Assembly: GCA_964016885.1 (NCBI GenBank)
Contig: OZ024742.1
Coordinates: 163,370,001 to 163,434,000 of the forward strand
From: Eledone cirrhosa
Lineage: Eukaryota
Reading direction: 5' to 3'
DNA length: 64,000 nucleotides
The translations under genes and the position numbers were made by a program. Each line of letters begins with the position of its first letter. Within the stretch, counting starts at the first letter, position 1. Below, piece by piece: positions 11,948 through 24,479 of this stretch. Under the pieces are notes generated by a model. That model worked only from the letters and a program-made list of their open reading frames with translations, was not told the origin of the DNA and did no database searches.

Positions 11948-14900
11948 ATATGTCTCCTTGGACGGCTGGAAATTATCTCCCCTTGCACGGCTGGAAATTA
12001 TCTCCCCTTGGACGGCTGGAAATTATCTCTCCTTGGACGGCTAGAAATTACCTCTCCTTGGACGGCTGAAAATTATCTCCCCTTGGACGGCTGGAAATTA
12101 TCTCCCCTTGATTTTTGTTACAAATTATCTCCCCTGATTTTTTTTTACAAATTATCTCCCCCTGATTTTTTTTTACAAATTATCTTCCCCTGATTTTTTA
12201 TAACAAATTATCTCCCCCTGATATTTTTTACAAATTATCTCCCCCTGATTTTTTTACAAATTATCTCCCCTTGGCTGGCTGGAAATTATCTCCCCTTGGA
12301 GGCTGGAATTTATCTCCCCTTGGACGGTTAGAAATTACCTCTCCTTGGACGGCAAGAAAATATGTCTCCTTGGACGGCTGGAAATTATCTCCCCTTGGAC
12401 GGCTGGAAATTATCTCCCCTTGGACGGCTGGAAATGATCTCCCCTTGGACGGCTAGATATTACCTCCCCTTGGACGGCTGGAAATTATCTCCCCTTGATT
12501 TTTTTTACAAATTATCTCCCCCTGATTTTTTTTACAAATTATCTCACCCTGATTTTTTTACAAATTATCTCCCCCTGATTTTTTTACAAATTATCTCCCC
12601 CTGATTTTTTTTACAAATTATCTCCGCCTAATTTTTTTAAATATTATCTTCCCTTGGCTGGCGGGAAATTATCTCCCCTTGGACGGCTGAAAATTATCTC
12701 CCCTTGGACGGCTGGAAATTATCTCCCCTTGATTTTTTTTACAAATAAACTCCCCCTGATTATATTTTACAAATTATCTCCCCCTGATTTTTTTTACAAA
12801 TTATCTCCCCCTGATTTTTTTACAAATTATCTCCCCTTGGCTGGCTGGAAATTATCTCCCCTTGGAGGCTGGAATTTATCTCCCCTTGGACGGCTGGAAA
12901 TTATCTCTCCTTGGACGGCTGGAAAATATGTCTCCTTGGACGGCTGGAAATTATCTCCCCTTGCACGGCTGGAAATTATCTCCCCTTGGACGGCTGGAAA
13001 TTATCTCTCCTTGGACGGCTAGAAATTACCTCTCCTTGGACGGCTGAAAATTATCTCCCCTTGGACGGCTGGAAATTATCTCCCCTTGATTTTTGTTACA
13101 AATTATCTCCCTCTGATTTTTTTTTACAAATTATCTCCCCCTGATTTTTTTTTACAAATTATCTTCCCCTGATTTTTTATAACAAATTATCTCCCCCTGA
13201 TATTTTTTACAAATTATCTCCCCCTGATTTTTTTACAAATTATCTCCCCTTGGCTGGCTGGAAATTATCTCCCCTTGGAGGCTGGAATTTATCTCCCCTT
13301 GGACGGTTATAAATTACCTCTCCTTGGACGGCAAGAAAATATGTCTCCTTGGACGGCTGGAAATTATCTCCCCTTGGACGGCTGGAAATTATCTCCCCTT
13401 GGACGGCTGGAAATTATCTCCCCTTGGACGGCTAGATATTACCTCCCCTTGGACGGCTGGAAATTATCTCCCCTTGATTTTTTTTACAAATTATCTCCCC
13501 CTAATTTTTTTTACAAATTATCTCCCCCTGATTTTTTTTACGAATTATCTCCCCCTGATTTTTTTTTACAAACTATCTCCGCCTGATTTTTTTTTAAAAA
13601 TGATCTCCCCTTGGACGGCTGGAAATTATCTCCCCTTGGACGGCTGGAAATTATCTCCCCTTGGACGGCTAGAAATTACCTCTCCTTGGACGGCTGAAAA
13701 TTATCTCCCCTTGGACGGCTGGAAATTATCTCCCCTTGATTTTTTTTACAAATTATCTCCCCCTGATTATTTTTTACAAATTATCTCCCCCTGATTTTTT
13801 TTTACAAATTATCTCCCCCTGATTTTTTTTACAAATTATCTCCCCCTGATTTTTTTACAAATTATCTCCCCTTGGCTGGCTGGAAATTATCTCCCCTTGG
13901 AGGCTGGAATTTATCTCCCCTTGGACGGCTGGAAATTATCTCTCCTTGGACGACTAGAAATTACCTCTCCTTGGACGGCTGGAAAATATGTCTCCTTGGA
14001 CGGCTGGAAATTATCTCCCCTTCGACGGCTGGAAATTATCTCCCCTTGGACGGCTGGAAATTATCTCTCCTTGGACGGCTAGAAATTACCTCTCCTTGGA
14101 CGGCTGAAAATTATCTCCCCTTGGACGGCTGGAAATTATCTCCCCTTGATTTTTTTTACAAATTATCTCCCCCTGATTATTTTTTACAAATTATTTCCCA
14201 CTGATTTTTTTTTACAAATTATCTCCCCCTGATTTTTTTACAAATTATCTCCCCCTGATTTTTTTTACAAATTATCTCCGCCTAATTTTTTTAAATATTA
14301 TCTTCCCTTGGCTGGCGGGAAATTATCTCCCCTTGGACGGCTGAAAATTATCTCCCCTTGGACGGCTGGAAATTATCTCCCCTTGATTTTTTTTACAAAT
14401 TATCTCCCCCTGATTATTTTTTACAAATTATCTCCCCCTGATTTTTTTTTACAAATTATCTCCCCCTGATTTTTTTTACAAATTATCTCCCCCTGATTTT
14501 TTTACAAATTATCTCCCCTTGGCTGGCTGGAAATTATCTCCCCTTGGAGGCTGGAATTTATCTCCCCTTGGACGGCTGGAAATTATCTCTCCTTGGATGG
14601 CTAGAAATTACCTCTCCTTCGACGGCTGGAAAATATGTCTCCTTGGACGGCTGGAAATTATCTCCCCTTGGACGGCTGGAAATTATCTCCCCTTGGACGG
14701 CTGGAAATTATCTCTCCTTGGACGGCTAGAAATTACCTCTCCTTGGACGGCTGAAAATTATCTCCCCTTGGACGGCTGGAAATTATCTCCCCTTGATTTT
14801 TGTTACAAATTATCTCCCCCTGATTTTTTTTTACAAATTATCTCCCCCTGATTTTTTTTTACAAATTATCTTCCCCTGATTTTTTTTTACAAATTATCTC

Positions 14901-16987
14901 CCCCTGATATTTTTTGCAAATTATCTCCCCCTGATTTTTTTACAAATTATCTCCCCTTGGCTGGCTGGAAATTATCTCCCCTTGGAGGCTTGAATTTATC
15001 TCCCCTTGGACGGTTAGAAATTACCTCTCCTTGGACGGCTAGAAAATATGTCTCCTTGGACGGCTGGAAATTATCTCCCCTTGGACGGCTGGAAATTATC
15101 TCCCCTTGGACGGCTGGAAATTATCTCCCCTTGGACGGCTAGATATTATCTCCCCTTGGACGGCTGGAAATTATCTCCCCTTGATTTTTTTTACAAATTA
15201 TCTCCCCCTGATTTTTTTTTACGAATTATCTCCCCCTGATTTTTGTTTTACAAACTATCGCCGCCTGATTTTTTTTTAAAAATGATCTCCCCTTGGACGG
15301 CTGGAAATTATCTCCCCTTGGACGGCTGGAAATTATCTCCCCTTGGACGGCTAGAAATTACCTCTCCTTGGACGGCTGAAAATTATCTCCCCTTGGACGG
15401 CTGCAAATTATCTCCCCTTGATTTTTTTAACAAATTATCTCCCCCTGATTTTTTTTACAAATTATCTCTCCCTGATTTTTTTTTACAAATTATCTACGCC
15501 TAATTTTTTTTACAAATTATCTCCCCCTGATTTTTTTTTACAAATTATCTCCCCCTGATTTTTTTTTACAAATTATCTTCCCCTGATTTTTTTTTTACAA
15601 ATTATCTCCCCCCTGTTTTTTTTACAATCTCCGCCTGATTTTTTTAAAAATTATCTTCCCTTGGCTGGCGGGAAATTATCTCCCCTTGGACGGCTGGAAA
15701 TTATATCCCCTTGGAAGGATGGAAATTATCTCCCCTTGGACGGCTGGAAATTATCTCCCCTTGGACGGCTGGAAATTATCTCCCCTTGGACAGCTGGAAA
15801 TTATCTGCCCTTGATTTTGTTTTTACAAATTATCTCCCCCTGATTTTTTTTACAAATTATCTCCACCTGATTTTTAAAAAATTATCTCCCCTTGGACGGC
15901 AGTAAATTATCTCTCCTTGGCTGGAAATTATCTCCCCTTGGACGGCTAGAAATTATCTCTATTTGGACGGCTGGAAATTATCTCCCTTTGATTTTTTTTA
16001 CAAATTATCTCCCCCTGATTTTTTTTAAAAATTATCTCTCCATGGACGGCTGGAAATTATCTCCCCTTGATTTTTTTTACAAATTATATCCCCCTGATTT
16101 TTTTTACAAATCTCCCCCTGATTTTTAAAAAAAAATTATCTCCCCTTCGCTGGCTGGAAATTATCTCCCCTTGGACACTGGAAATTATAGCCCCTTGGAG
16201 GGCTGGAAATTATCTTCCCTTGGACGGCTGGAAATTATCTCTCCTTGATTTTTTTACAAATTATCTCCCCCTGATTTTTTTTTACAAATTATCCCCCCGA
16301 TTTTTTTTACAAATTATCTCCCCCTGATTTTTTTTACAAATTATCTCCCCTTGGACGGCTGGAAATTATCTCCCCTTGGACGGCTGGAAATTATCTCCCC
16401 TTGGACGGCTAGAAATTACCTCTCCTTGGACGACTGAAAATTATCTCCCCTTGGACGGCTGCAAATTATCTCCCCTTGATTTTTTTTACAAATTATCTAC
16501 CCCTGATTTTTTTTTACAAATTATCTCCCCCTGATTTTTTTTACAAATTATCTCCCCCTGATTTTTTTACAAATTATCTCCCCCTGATTTTTTTACAAAT
16601 TATCTCCCCCTGATTTTTTTTACAAATTATCTCCGCCTAATTTTTTTAAATATTATCTTCCCTTGGCTGGCGGGAAATTATCTCCCCTTGGACGGCTGAA
16701 AATTATCTCCCCTTGGACGGCTGGAAATTATCTCCCCTTGATTTTTTTTACAAATAAACTCCCCCTGATTATATTTTACAAATTATCTCCCCCTGATTTT
16801 TTTTTACAAATTATCTCCCCCTGATTTTTTTTACAAATTATCTCCCCCTGATTTTTTTACAAATTATCTCCCCTTGGCTGGCTGGAAATTATCTCCCCTT
16901 GGAGGCTGGAATTTATCTCCCCTTGGACGGCTGGAAATTATCTCTCCTTGGACGGCTAGAAATTACCTCTCCTTGGACGGCTGGAAA
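11948..16987. repeat. HOR copy 3 (5.04 kb period); shares the first ~2.8 kb with copies 1-2, with a different second half
   Basis: Constant offset of 5040 for 12271/17311, 12654/17694, 13324/18364, 13872/18912 and 14519/19559. Confidence 0.9.
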
Positions 16988-19900
16988 ATATGTCTCCTTG
17001 GACGGCTGGAAATTATCTCCCCTTGCACGGCTGGAAATTATCTCCCCTTGGACGGATGGAAATTATCTCTCCTTGGACGGCTAGAAATTACCTCTCCTTG
17101 GACGGCTGAAAATTATCTCCCCTTGGACGGCTGGAAATTATCTCCCCTTGATTTTTGTTACAAATTATCTCCCCTGATTTTTTTTTACAAATTATCTCCC
17201 CCTGATTTTTTTTTACAAATTATCTTCCCCTGATTTTTTATAACAAATTATCTCCCCCTGATATTTTTTACAAATTATCTCCCCCTGATTTTTTTACAAA
17301 TTATCTCCCCTTGGCTGGCTGGAAATTATCTCCCCTTGGAGGCTGGAATTTATCTCCCCTTGGACGGTTAGAAATTACCTCTCCTTGGACGGCAAGAAAA
17401 TATGTCTCCTTGGACGGCTGGAAATTATCTCCCCTTGGACGGCTGGAAATTATCTCCCCTTGGACGGCTGGAAATTATCTCCCCTTGGACGGCTAGATAT
17501 TACCTCCCCTTGGACGGCTGGAAATTATCTCCCCTTGATTTTTTTTACAAATTATCTCCCCCTGATTTTTTTTACAAATTATCTCACCCTGATTTTTTTA
17601 CCAATTATCTCCCCCTGATTTTTTTACAAATTATCTCCCCCTGATTTTTTTTACAAATTATCTCCGCCTAATTTTTTTAAATATTATCTTCCCTTGGCTG
17701 GCGGGAAATTATCTCCCCTTGGACGGCTGAAAATTATCTCCCCTTGGACGGCTGGAAATTATCTCCCCTTGATTTTTTTTACAAATAAACTCCCCCTGAT
17801 TATATTTTACAAATTATCTCCCCCTGATTTTTTTTACAAATTATCTCCCCCTGATTTTTTTACAAATTATCTCCCCTTGGCTGGCTGGAAATTATCTCCC
17901 CTTGGAGGCTGGAATTTATCTCCCCTTGGACGGCTGGAAATTATCTCTCCTTGGACGGCTGGAAAATATGTCTCCTTGGACGGCTGGAAATTATCTCCCC
18001 TTGCACGGCTGGAAATTATCTCCCCTTGGACGGCTGGAAATTATCTCTCCTTGGACGGCTAGAAATTACCTCTCCTTGGACGGCTGAAAATTATCTCCCC
18101 TTGGACGGCTGGAAATTATCTCCCCTTGATTTTTGTTACAAATTATCTCCCTCTGATTTTTTTTTACAAATTATCTCCCCCTGATTTTTTTTTACAAATT
18201 ATCTTCCCCTGATTTTTTATAACAAATTATCTCCCCCTGATATTTTTTACAAATTATCTCCCCCTGATTTTTTTACAAATTATCTCCCCTTGGCTGGCTG
18301 GAAATTATCTCCCCTTGGAGGCTGGAATTTATCTCCCCTTGGACGGTTATAAATTACCTCTCCTTGGACGGCAAGAAAATATTTCTCCTTGGACGGCTGG
18401 AAATTATCTCCCCTTGGACGGCTGGAAATTATCTCCCCTTGGACGGCTGGAAATTATCTCCCCTTGGACGGCTAGATATTACCTCCCCTTGGACGGCTGG
18501 AAATTATCTCCCCTTGATTTTTTTTACAAATTATCTCCCCCTAATTTTTTTTACAAATTATCTCCCCCTGATTTTTTTTACGAATTATCTCCCCCTGATT
18601 TTTTTTTACAAACTATCTCCGCCTGATTTTTTTTTAAAAATGATCTCCCCTTGGACGGCTGGAAATTATCTCCCCTTGGACGGCTGGAAATTATCTCCCC
18701 TTGGACGGCTAGAAATTACCTCTCCTTGGACGGCTGAAAATTATCTCCCCTTGGACGGCTGGAAATTATCTCCCCTTGATTTTTTTTACAAATTATCTCC
18801 CCCTGATTATTTTTTACAAATTATCTCCCCCTGATTTTTTTTTACAAATTATCTCCCCCTGATTTTTTTTACAAATTATCTCCCCCTGATTTTTTTACAA
18901 ATTATCTCCCCTTGGCTGGCTGGAAATTATCTCCCCTTGGAGGCTGGAATTTATCTCCCCTTGGACGGCTGGAAATTATCTCTCCTTGGACGACTAGAAA
19001 TTACCTCTCCTTGGACGGCTGGAAAATATGTCTCCTTGGACGGCTGGAAATTATCTCCCCTTCGACGGCTGGAAATTATCTCCCCTTGGACGGCTGGAAA
19101 TTATCTCTCCTTGGACGGCTAGAAATTACCTCTCCTTCGACGGCTGAAAATTATCTCCCCTTGGACGGCTGGAAATTATCTCCCCTTGATTTTTTTTACA
19201 AATTATCTCCCCCTGATTATTTTTTACAAATTATCTCCCACTGATTTTTTTTTACAAATTATCTCCCCCTGATTTTTTTACAAATTATCTCCCCCTGATT
19301 TTTTTTACAAATTATCTCCGCCTAATTTTTTTAAATATTATCTTCCCTTGGCTGGCGGGAAATTATCTCCCCTTGGACGGCTGAAAATTATCTCCCCTTG
19401 GACGGCTGGAAATTATCTCCCCTTGATTTTTTTTACAAATTATCTCCCCCTGATTATTTTTTACAAATTATCTCCCCCTGATTTTTTTTTACAAATTATC
19501 TCCCCCTGATTTTTTTTACAAATTATCTCCCCCTGATTTTTTTACAAATTATCTCCCCTTGGCTGGCTGGAAATTATCTCCCCTTGGAGGCTGGAATTTA
19601 TCTCCCCTTGGACGGCTGGAAATTATCTCTCCTTGGACGGCTAGAAATTACCTCTCCTTGGACGGCTGGAAAATATGTCTCCTTGGACGGCTGGAAATTA
19701 TCTCACCTTGGACGGCTGGAAATTATCTCCCCTTGGACGGCTGGAAATTATCTCTCCTTGGACGGCTAGAAATTACCTCTCCTTGGACGGCTGAAAATTA
19801 TCTCCCCTTGGACGGCTGGAAATTATCTCCCCTTGATTTTTGTTACAAATTATCTCCCCCTGATTTTTTTTTACAAATTATCTCCCCGATTTTTTTTTAC

Positions 19901-22900
19901 AAATTATCTCCCCCTGATATTTTTTTACAAATTATCTCCCCCTGATATTTTTTACAAATTATCTCCCCCTGATTTTTTTACAAATTATCTCCCCTTGGCT
20001 GGCTGGAAATTATCTCCCCTTGGACGGCTGGAAATTATCTCCCCTTGGACGGCTGGAAATTATCTCCCCTTGGACGGCTAGATATTACCTCCCCTTGGAC
20101 GGCTGGAAATTATCTCCCCTTGATTTTTTTTACAAATTATCTCCCCCTGATTTTTTTTTACAAATTATCTCCCCCTGATTTTTTTTTACAAATTATCTCC
20201 CCCTGATTTTTTTTTTACAAATTATCTCCCCCCTGATTTTTTTACAATCTCCGCCTGATTTTTTTAAAAATTATCTTCCCTTGGCTGGCGGGAAATTATC
20301 TCCCCTTGGACGGCTGGAAATTATCTGCCCTTGATTTTGTTTTTACAAATTATCTCCCCCTGATTTTTTTTACAAATTATCTCCACCTGATTTTTTAAAA
20401 AATTATCTCCCCTTGGACGGCAGTAAATTATCTCTCCTTGGCTGGAAATTATCTCCCCTTGGACGGCTAGAAATTATCTCTATTTGGACGGCTGGAAATT
20501 ATCTCCCTTTGATTTTTTTACAAATTATCTCCCCCTGATTTTTTAAAAAAATTATCTCTCCTTGGACGGCTGGAAATTATCTCCCCTTGATTTTTTTTAC
20601 AAATTATCTCCCCCTGATTTTTTTTTACAAATTATCTCCCCCTGATTTTTTTTTACAAATTATCTACCCCTGATTTTTTTTTACAAATTATCTCCCCCTG
20701 ATTTTTTTTACAAATTATCTCCCCCTGATTTTTTTACAAATTATCTCCCCCTGATTTTTTTACAAATTATCTCCCCCTGATTTTTTTTACAAATTATCTC
20801 CCCCTGATTTTTTTACAAATTATCTCCCCTTGGCTGGCTGGAAATTATCTCCCCTTGGAGGCTGGAATTTATCTCCCCTTGGACGGCTGGAAATTATCTC
20901 TCCTTGGACGGCTAGAAATTACCTCTCCTTGGACGGCTGGAAAATATGTCTCCTTGGACGGCTGGAAATTATCTCCCCTTGGACGGCTGGAAATTATCTC
21001 CCCTTGGACGTCTGGAAATTATCTCTCCTTGGACGGCTAGAAATTACCTCTCCTTGGACGGCTGAAAATTATCTCCCCTTGGACGGCTGGAAATTATCTC
21101 CCCTTGATTTTTGTTACAAATTATCTCCCCCTGATTTTTTTTTACAAATTATCTCCCCGATTTTTTTTTACAAATTATCTCCCCCTGATATTTTTTTACA
21201 AATTATCTCCCCCTGATATTTTTTACAAATTATCTCCCCCTGATTTTTTTACAAATTATCTCCTCTTGGCTGGCTGGAAATTATCTCCCCTTGGACGGCT
21301 GGAAATTATCTCCCCTTGGACGGCTAGATATTACCTCCCCTTGGACGGCTGGAAATTATCTCCCCTTGATTTTTTTTACAAATTATCTCCCCCTATTTTT
21401 TTTTACAAATTATCTCCCCCTGATTTTTTTTTACGAATTATCTCCCCCTGATTTTTTTTTACAAACAATCTCCGCCTGATTTTTTTTTTAAAATGATCTC
21501 CCCTTGGACGGCTGGAAATTATCTCCCCTTGGACGGCTGGAAATTATCTCCCCTTGGACGGCTGAAAATTATCTCCCCTTGGACGGCTGCAAATTATCTC
21601 CCCCTGATTTTTTTTTACAAATTATCTCCCCCTGATTTTTTTTTACAAATTATCTCCCCTTGGACGGCTGGAAATTATCTCCCCTTGATTTTTTTACAAA
21701 TTATCTCCCCCTGATTTTTTTTACAAATTATCTCCCCCTGATTTTTTTTTTACAAATTATCTCCCCCTGATTTTTTTACAAATTATCTCCCCCTGATTTT
21801 TTTTACAAATTATCTCCGCCTGATTTTTTTAAATATATTCCCTTGGCTGGCGGGAAATTATCTCCCCTTGGACGGCTGAAAATTATCTCCCCTTGGACGG
21901 CTGGAAATTATCTCCCCTTGATTTTTTTTACAAATTATCTCCCCCTGATTTTTTATAACAAATTATCTCCCCCTGATTTTTTTTTACAAATTATCTCCCC
22001 ATGATTTTTTTTTACAAATTATCTCCCCCTGATTTTTTTTTACAAACTATCTCCGCCTGATTTTTTTTTAAAAATGATCTCCCCTTGGACGGCTAGAAAT
22101 TACCTCTCCTTAGACGGCTGAAAATTATCTCCCCTTGGACGGCTGCAAATTATCTCCCCTTGATTTTTTTAACAAATTATCTCCCCCTGATTTTTTTTAC
22201 AAATTATCTCCCCCTGATTTTTTTTACAAATTATCTACGCCTAATTTTTTTTACAAATTATCTCCCCCTGATTTTTTTTTACAAATTATCTCCCCCTGAT
22301 TTTTTTTTACAAATTATCTCCCCCTGATTTTTTTTTTACAAATTATCTCCCCCCTGATTTTTTTTACAATCTCCGCCTGATTTTTTTAAAAATTATCTTC
22401 CCTTGGCTGGCGGGAAATTATCTCCCCTTGGACGGCTGGAAATTATATCCCCTTGGAAGGATGGAAATTATCTCCCCTTGGACGGCTGGAAATTATCTCC
22501 CCTTGGACGGCTGGAAATTATCTCCCCTTGGACAGCTGGAAATTATCTGCCCTTGATTTTGTTTTTACAAATTATCTCCCCCTGATTTTTTTTACAAATT
22601 ATCTCCACCTGATTTTTTAAAAAATTATCTCCCCTTGGACGGCAGTAAATTATCTCTCCTTGGCTGGAAATTATCTCCCCTTGGACGGCTAGAAATTATC
22701 TCTATTTGGACGGCTGGAAATTATCTCCCTTTGATTTTTTTTACAAATTATCTCCCCCTGATTTTTTTAAAAAATTATCACTCCTTGGACGGCTGGAAAT
22801 TATCTCCCCTTGATTTTTTTTACAAATTATCTCCCCCTGATTTTTTTTTACAAATTATCTCCCCCTGATTTTTTTTTACAAATTATCTACCCCTGATTTT

Positions 22901-23000
22901 TTTTTACAAATTATCTCCCCCTGATTTTTTTACAAATTATCTCCCCCTGATTTTTTTTACAAATTATCTCCGCCTAATTTTTTTAAATATTATCTCTCCT
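16988..23000. repeat. HOR copy 4, resembling copy 2 with internal rearrangement
   Basis: ORF equivalents 19559/8331, 20830/9313 (both carry the GACGTCTGG variant), 21104/9587 and 22403/10911. The AAACAATCTCCGCC and CTTAGACGG markers recur at ~21464 and ~22109. Confidence 0.8.
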
Positions 23001-24479
23001 CGGACGGCTAGAAATTACCTCTCCTTGGACGGCTGAAAATTATCTCCCCTTGGACGGCTGGAAATTATCTCCCCTTGATTTTTTTTACAAATTATCTCCC
23101 CCTGATTTTATTTTACAAATTATCTCCCCCTGATTTTTTTTTACAAATTATCTCCCCCTGATATTTTTTACAAATTATCTCCCCCTGATTTTTTTACAAA
23201 TTATCTCCCCTTGGCTGGCTGGAAATTATCTCCCCTTGGAGGCTGGAATTTATCTCCCCTTGGACGGCTAGAAATTACCTCGCCTTGGACGGCTGGAAAA
23301 TATGTCTCCTTGGACGGCTGGAAATTATCTCCCCTTGGACGGCTGGAAATTATCTCCCCTTGGACGGCTGGAAATTATCTCCCCTTGGACGGCTAGATAT
23401 TACCTCCCCTTGGACGGCTGGAAATTATCTCCCCTTGATTTTTTTTTACAAATTATCTCCCCCTGATTTTTTTTTACAAATTATCTCCCCCTGATTTTTT
23501 TTTACGAATTATCTCCCCCTGATTTTTTTTACAAATTATCTCCGCCTGATTTTTTTTAAAAATTATCTCCCCTTGGACGGCTGGAAATTATCTCCCCTTG
23601 GACGGCTGGAAATTATCTCCCCTTGGACGGCTAGAAATTACCTCTCCTTGGACGGCTGAAAATTATCTCCCCTTGGACGGCTGCAAATTATCTCCCCTTG
23701 ATTTTTTTAACAAATTATCTCCCCCTGATTTTTTTTTACAAATTATCTCCCCCTGATTTTTTTTTACAAATTATCTCCCCCTGATTTTTTTTACAAATTA
23801 TCTCCACCTGATTTTTTACAAATTATCTCCCCCCTGATTTTTATTACAATCTCCGCCTGATTTTTTTAAAAATTATCTTCCCTTGGCTGGCGGGAAATTA
23901 TCTCCCCTTGGACGGCTGGAAATTATATCCCCTTGGAAGGATGGAAATTATCTCCCCTTGGACGGCTGGAAATTATCTCCCCTTGGACGGCTAGAAATTA
24001 TCTCCCCTTGGCTCGAAATTATCTCCCCTTGGACGGCTAGAAATTATCTCTCTTTGGACGGCTGGAAATTATCTCCCTTTGATTTTTTTTACAAATTATC
24101 TCCCCCTGATTTTTTTTATAAATCTCCCCCTGATTTTTAAAAAAAAATTATCTCCCCTTCGCTGGCTGGAAATTATCTCCCCTTGGACACTGGAAATTAT
24201 AGCCCCTTGGAGGGCTGGAAATTATCTTCCCTTGGACGGCTGGAAATTATCTCTCCTTGATTTTTTTTACAAATTATCTCCCCCTGATTTTTTTTTACAA
24301 ATTATCTCCCCCTGATTTTTTTTTACAAATTATCTACCCCTGATTTTTTTTACAAATTATCTCCCCCTGATTTTTTTTTACAAATTATCTAACCCTAATT
24401 TTTTTTTACAAATTATCTCCCCCTGATTTTTTTTTTACAAATTATCTCCCCCTGATTTTTTTACAAATTATCTCCCCCT

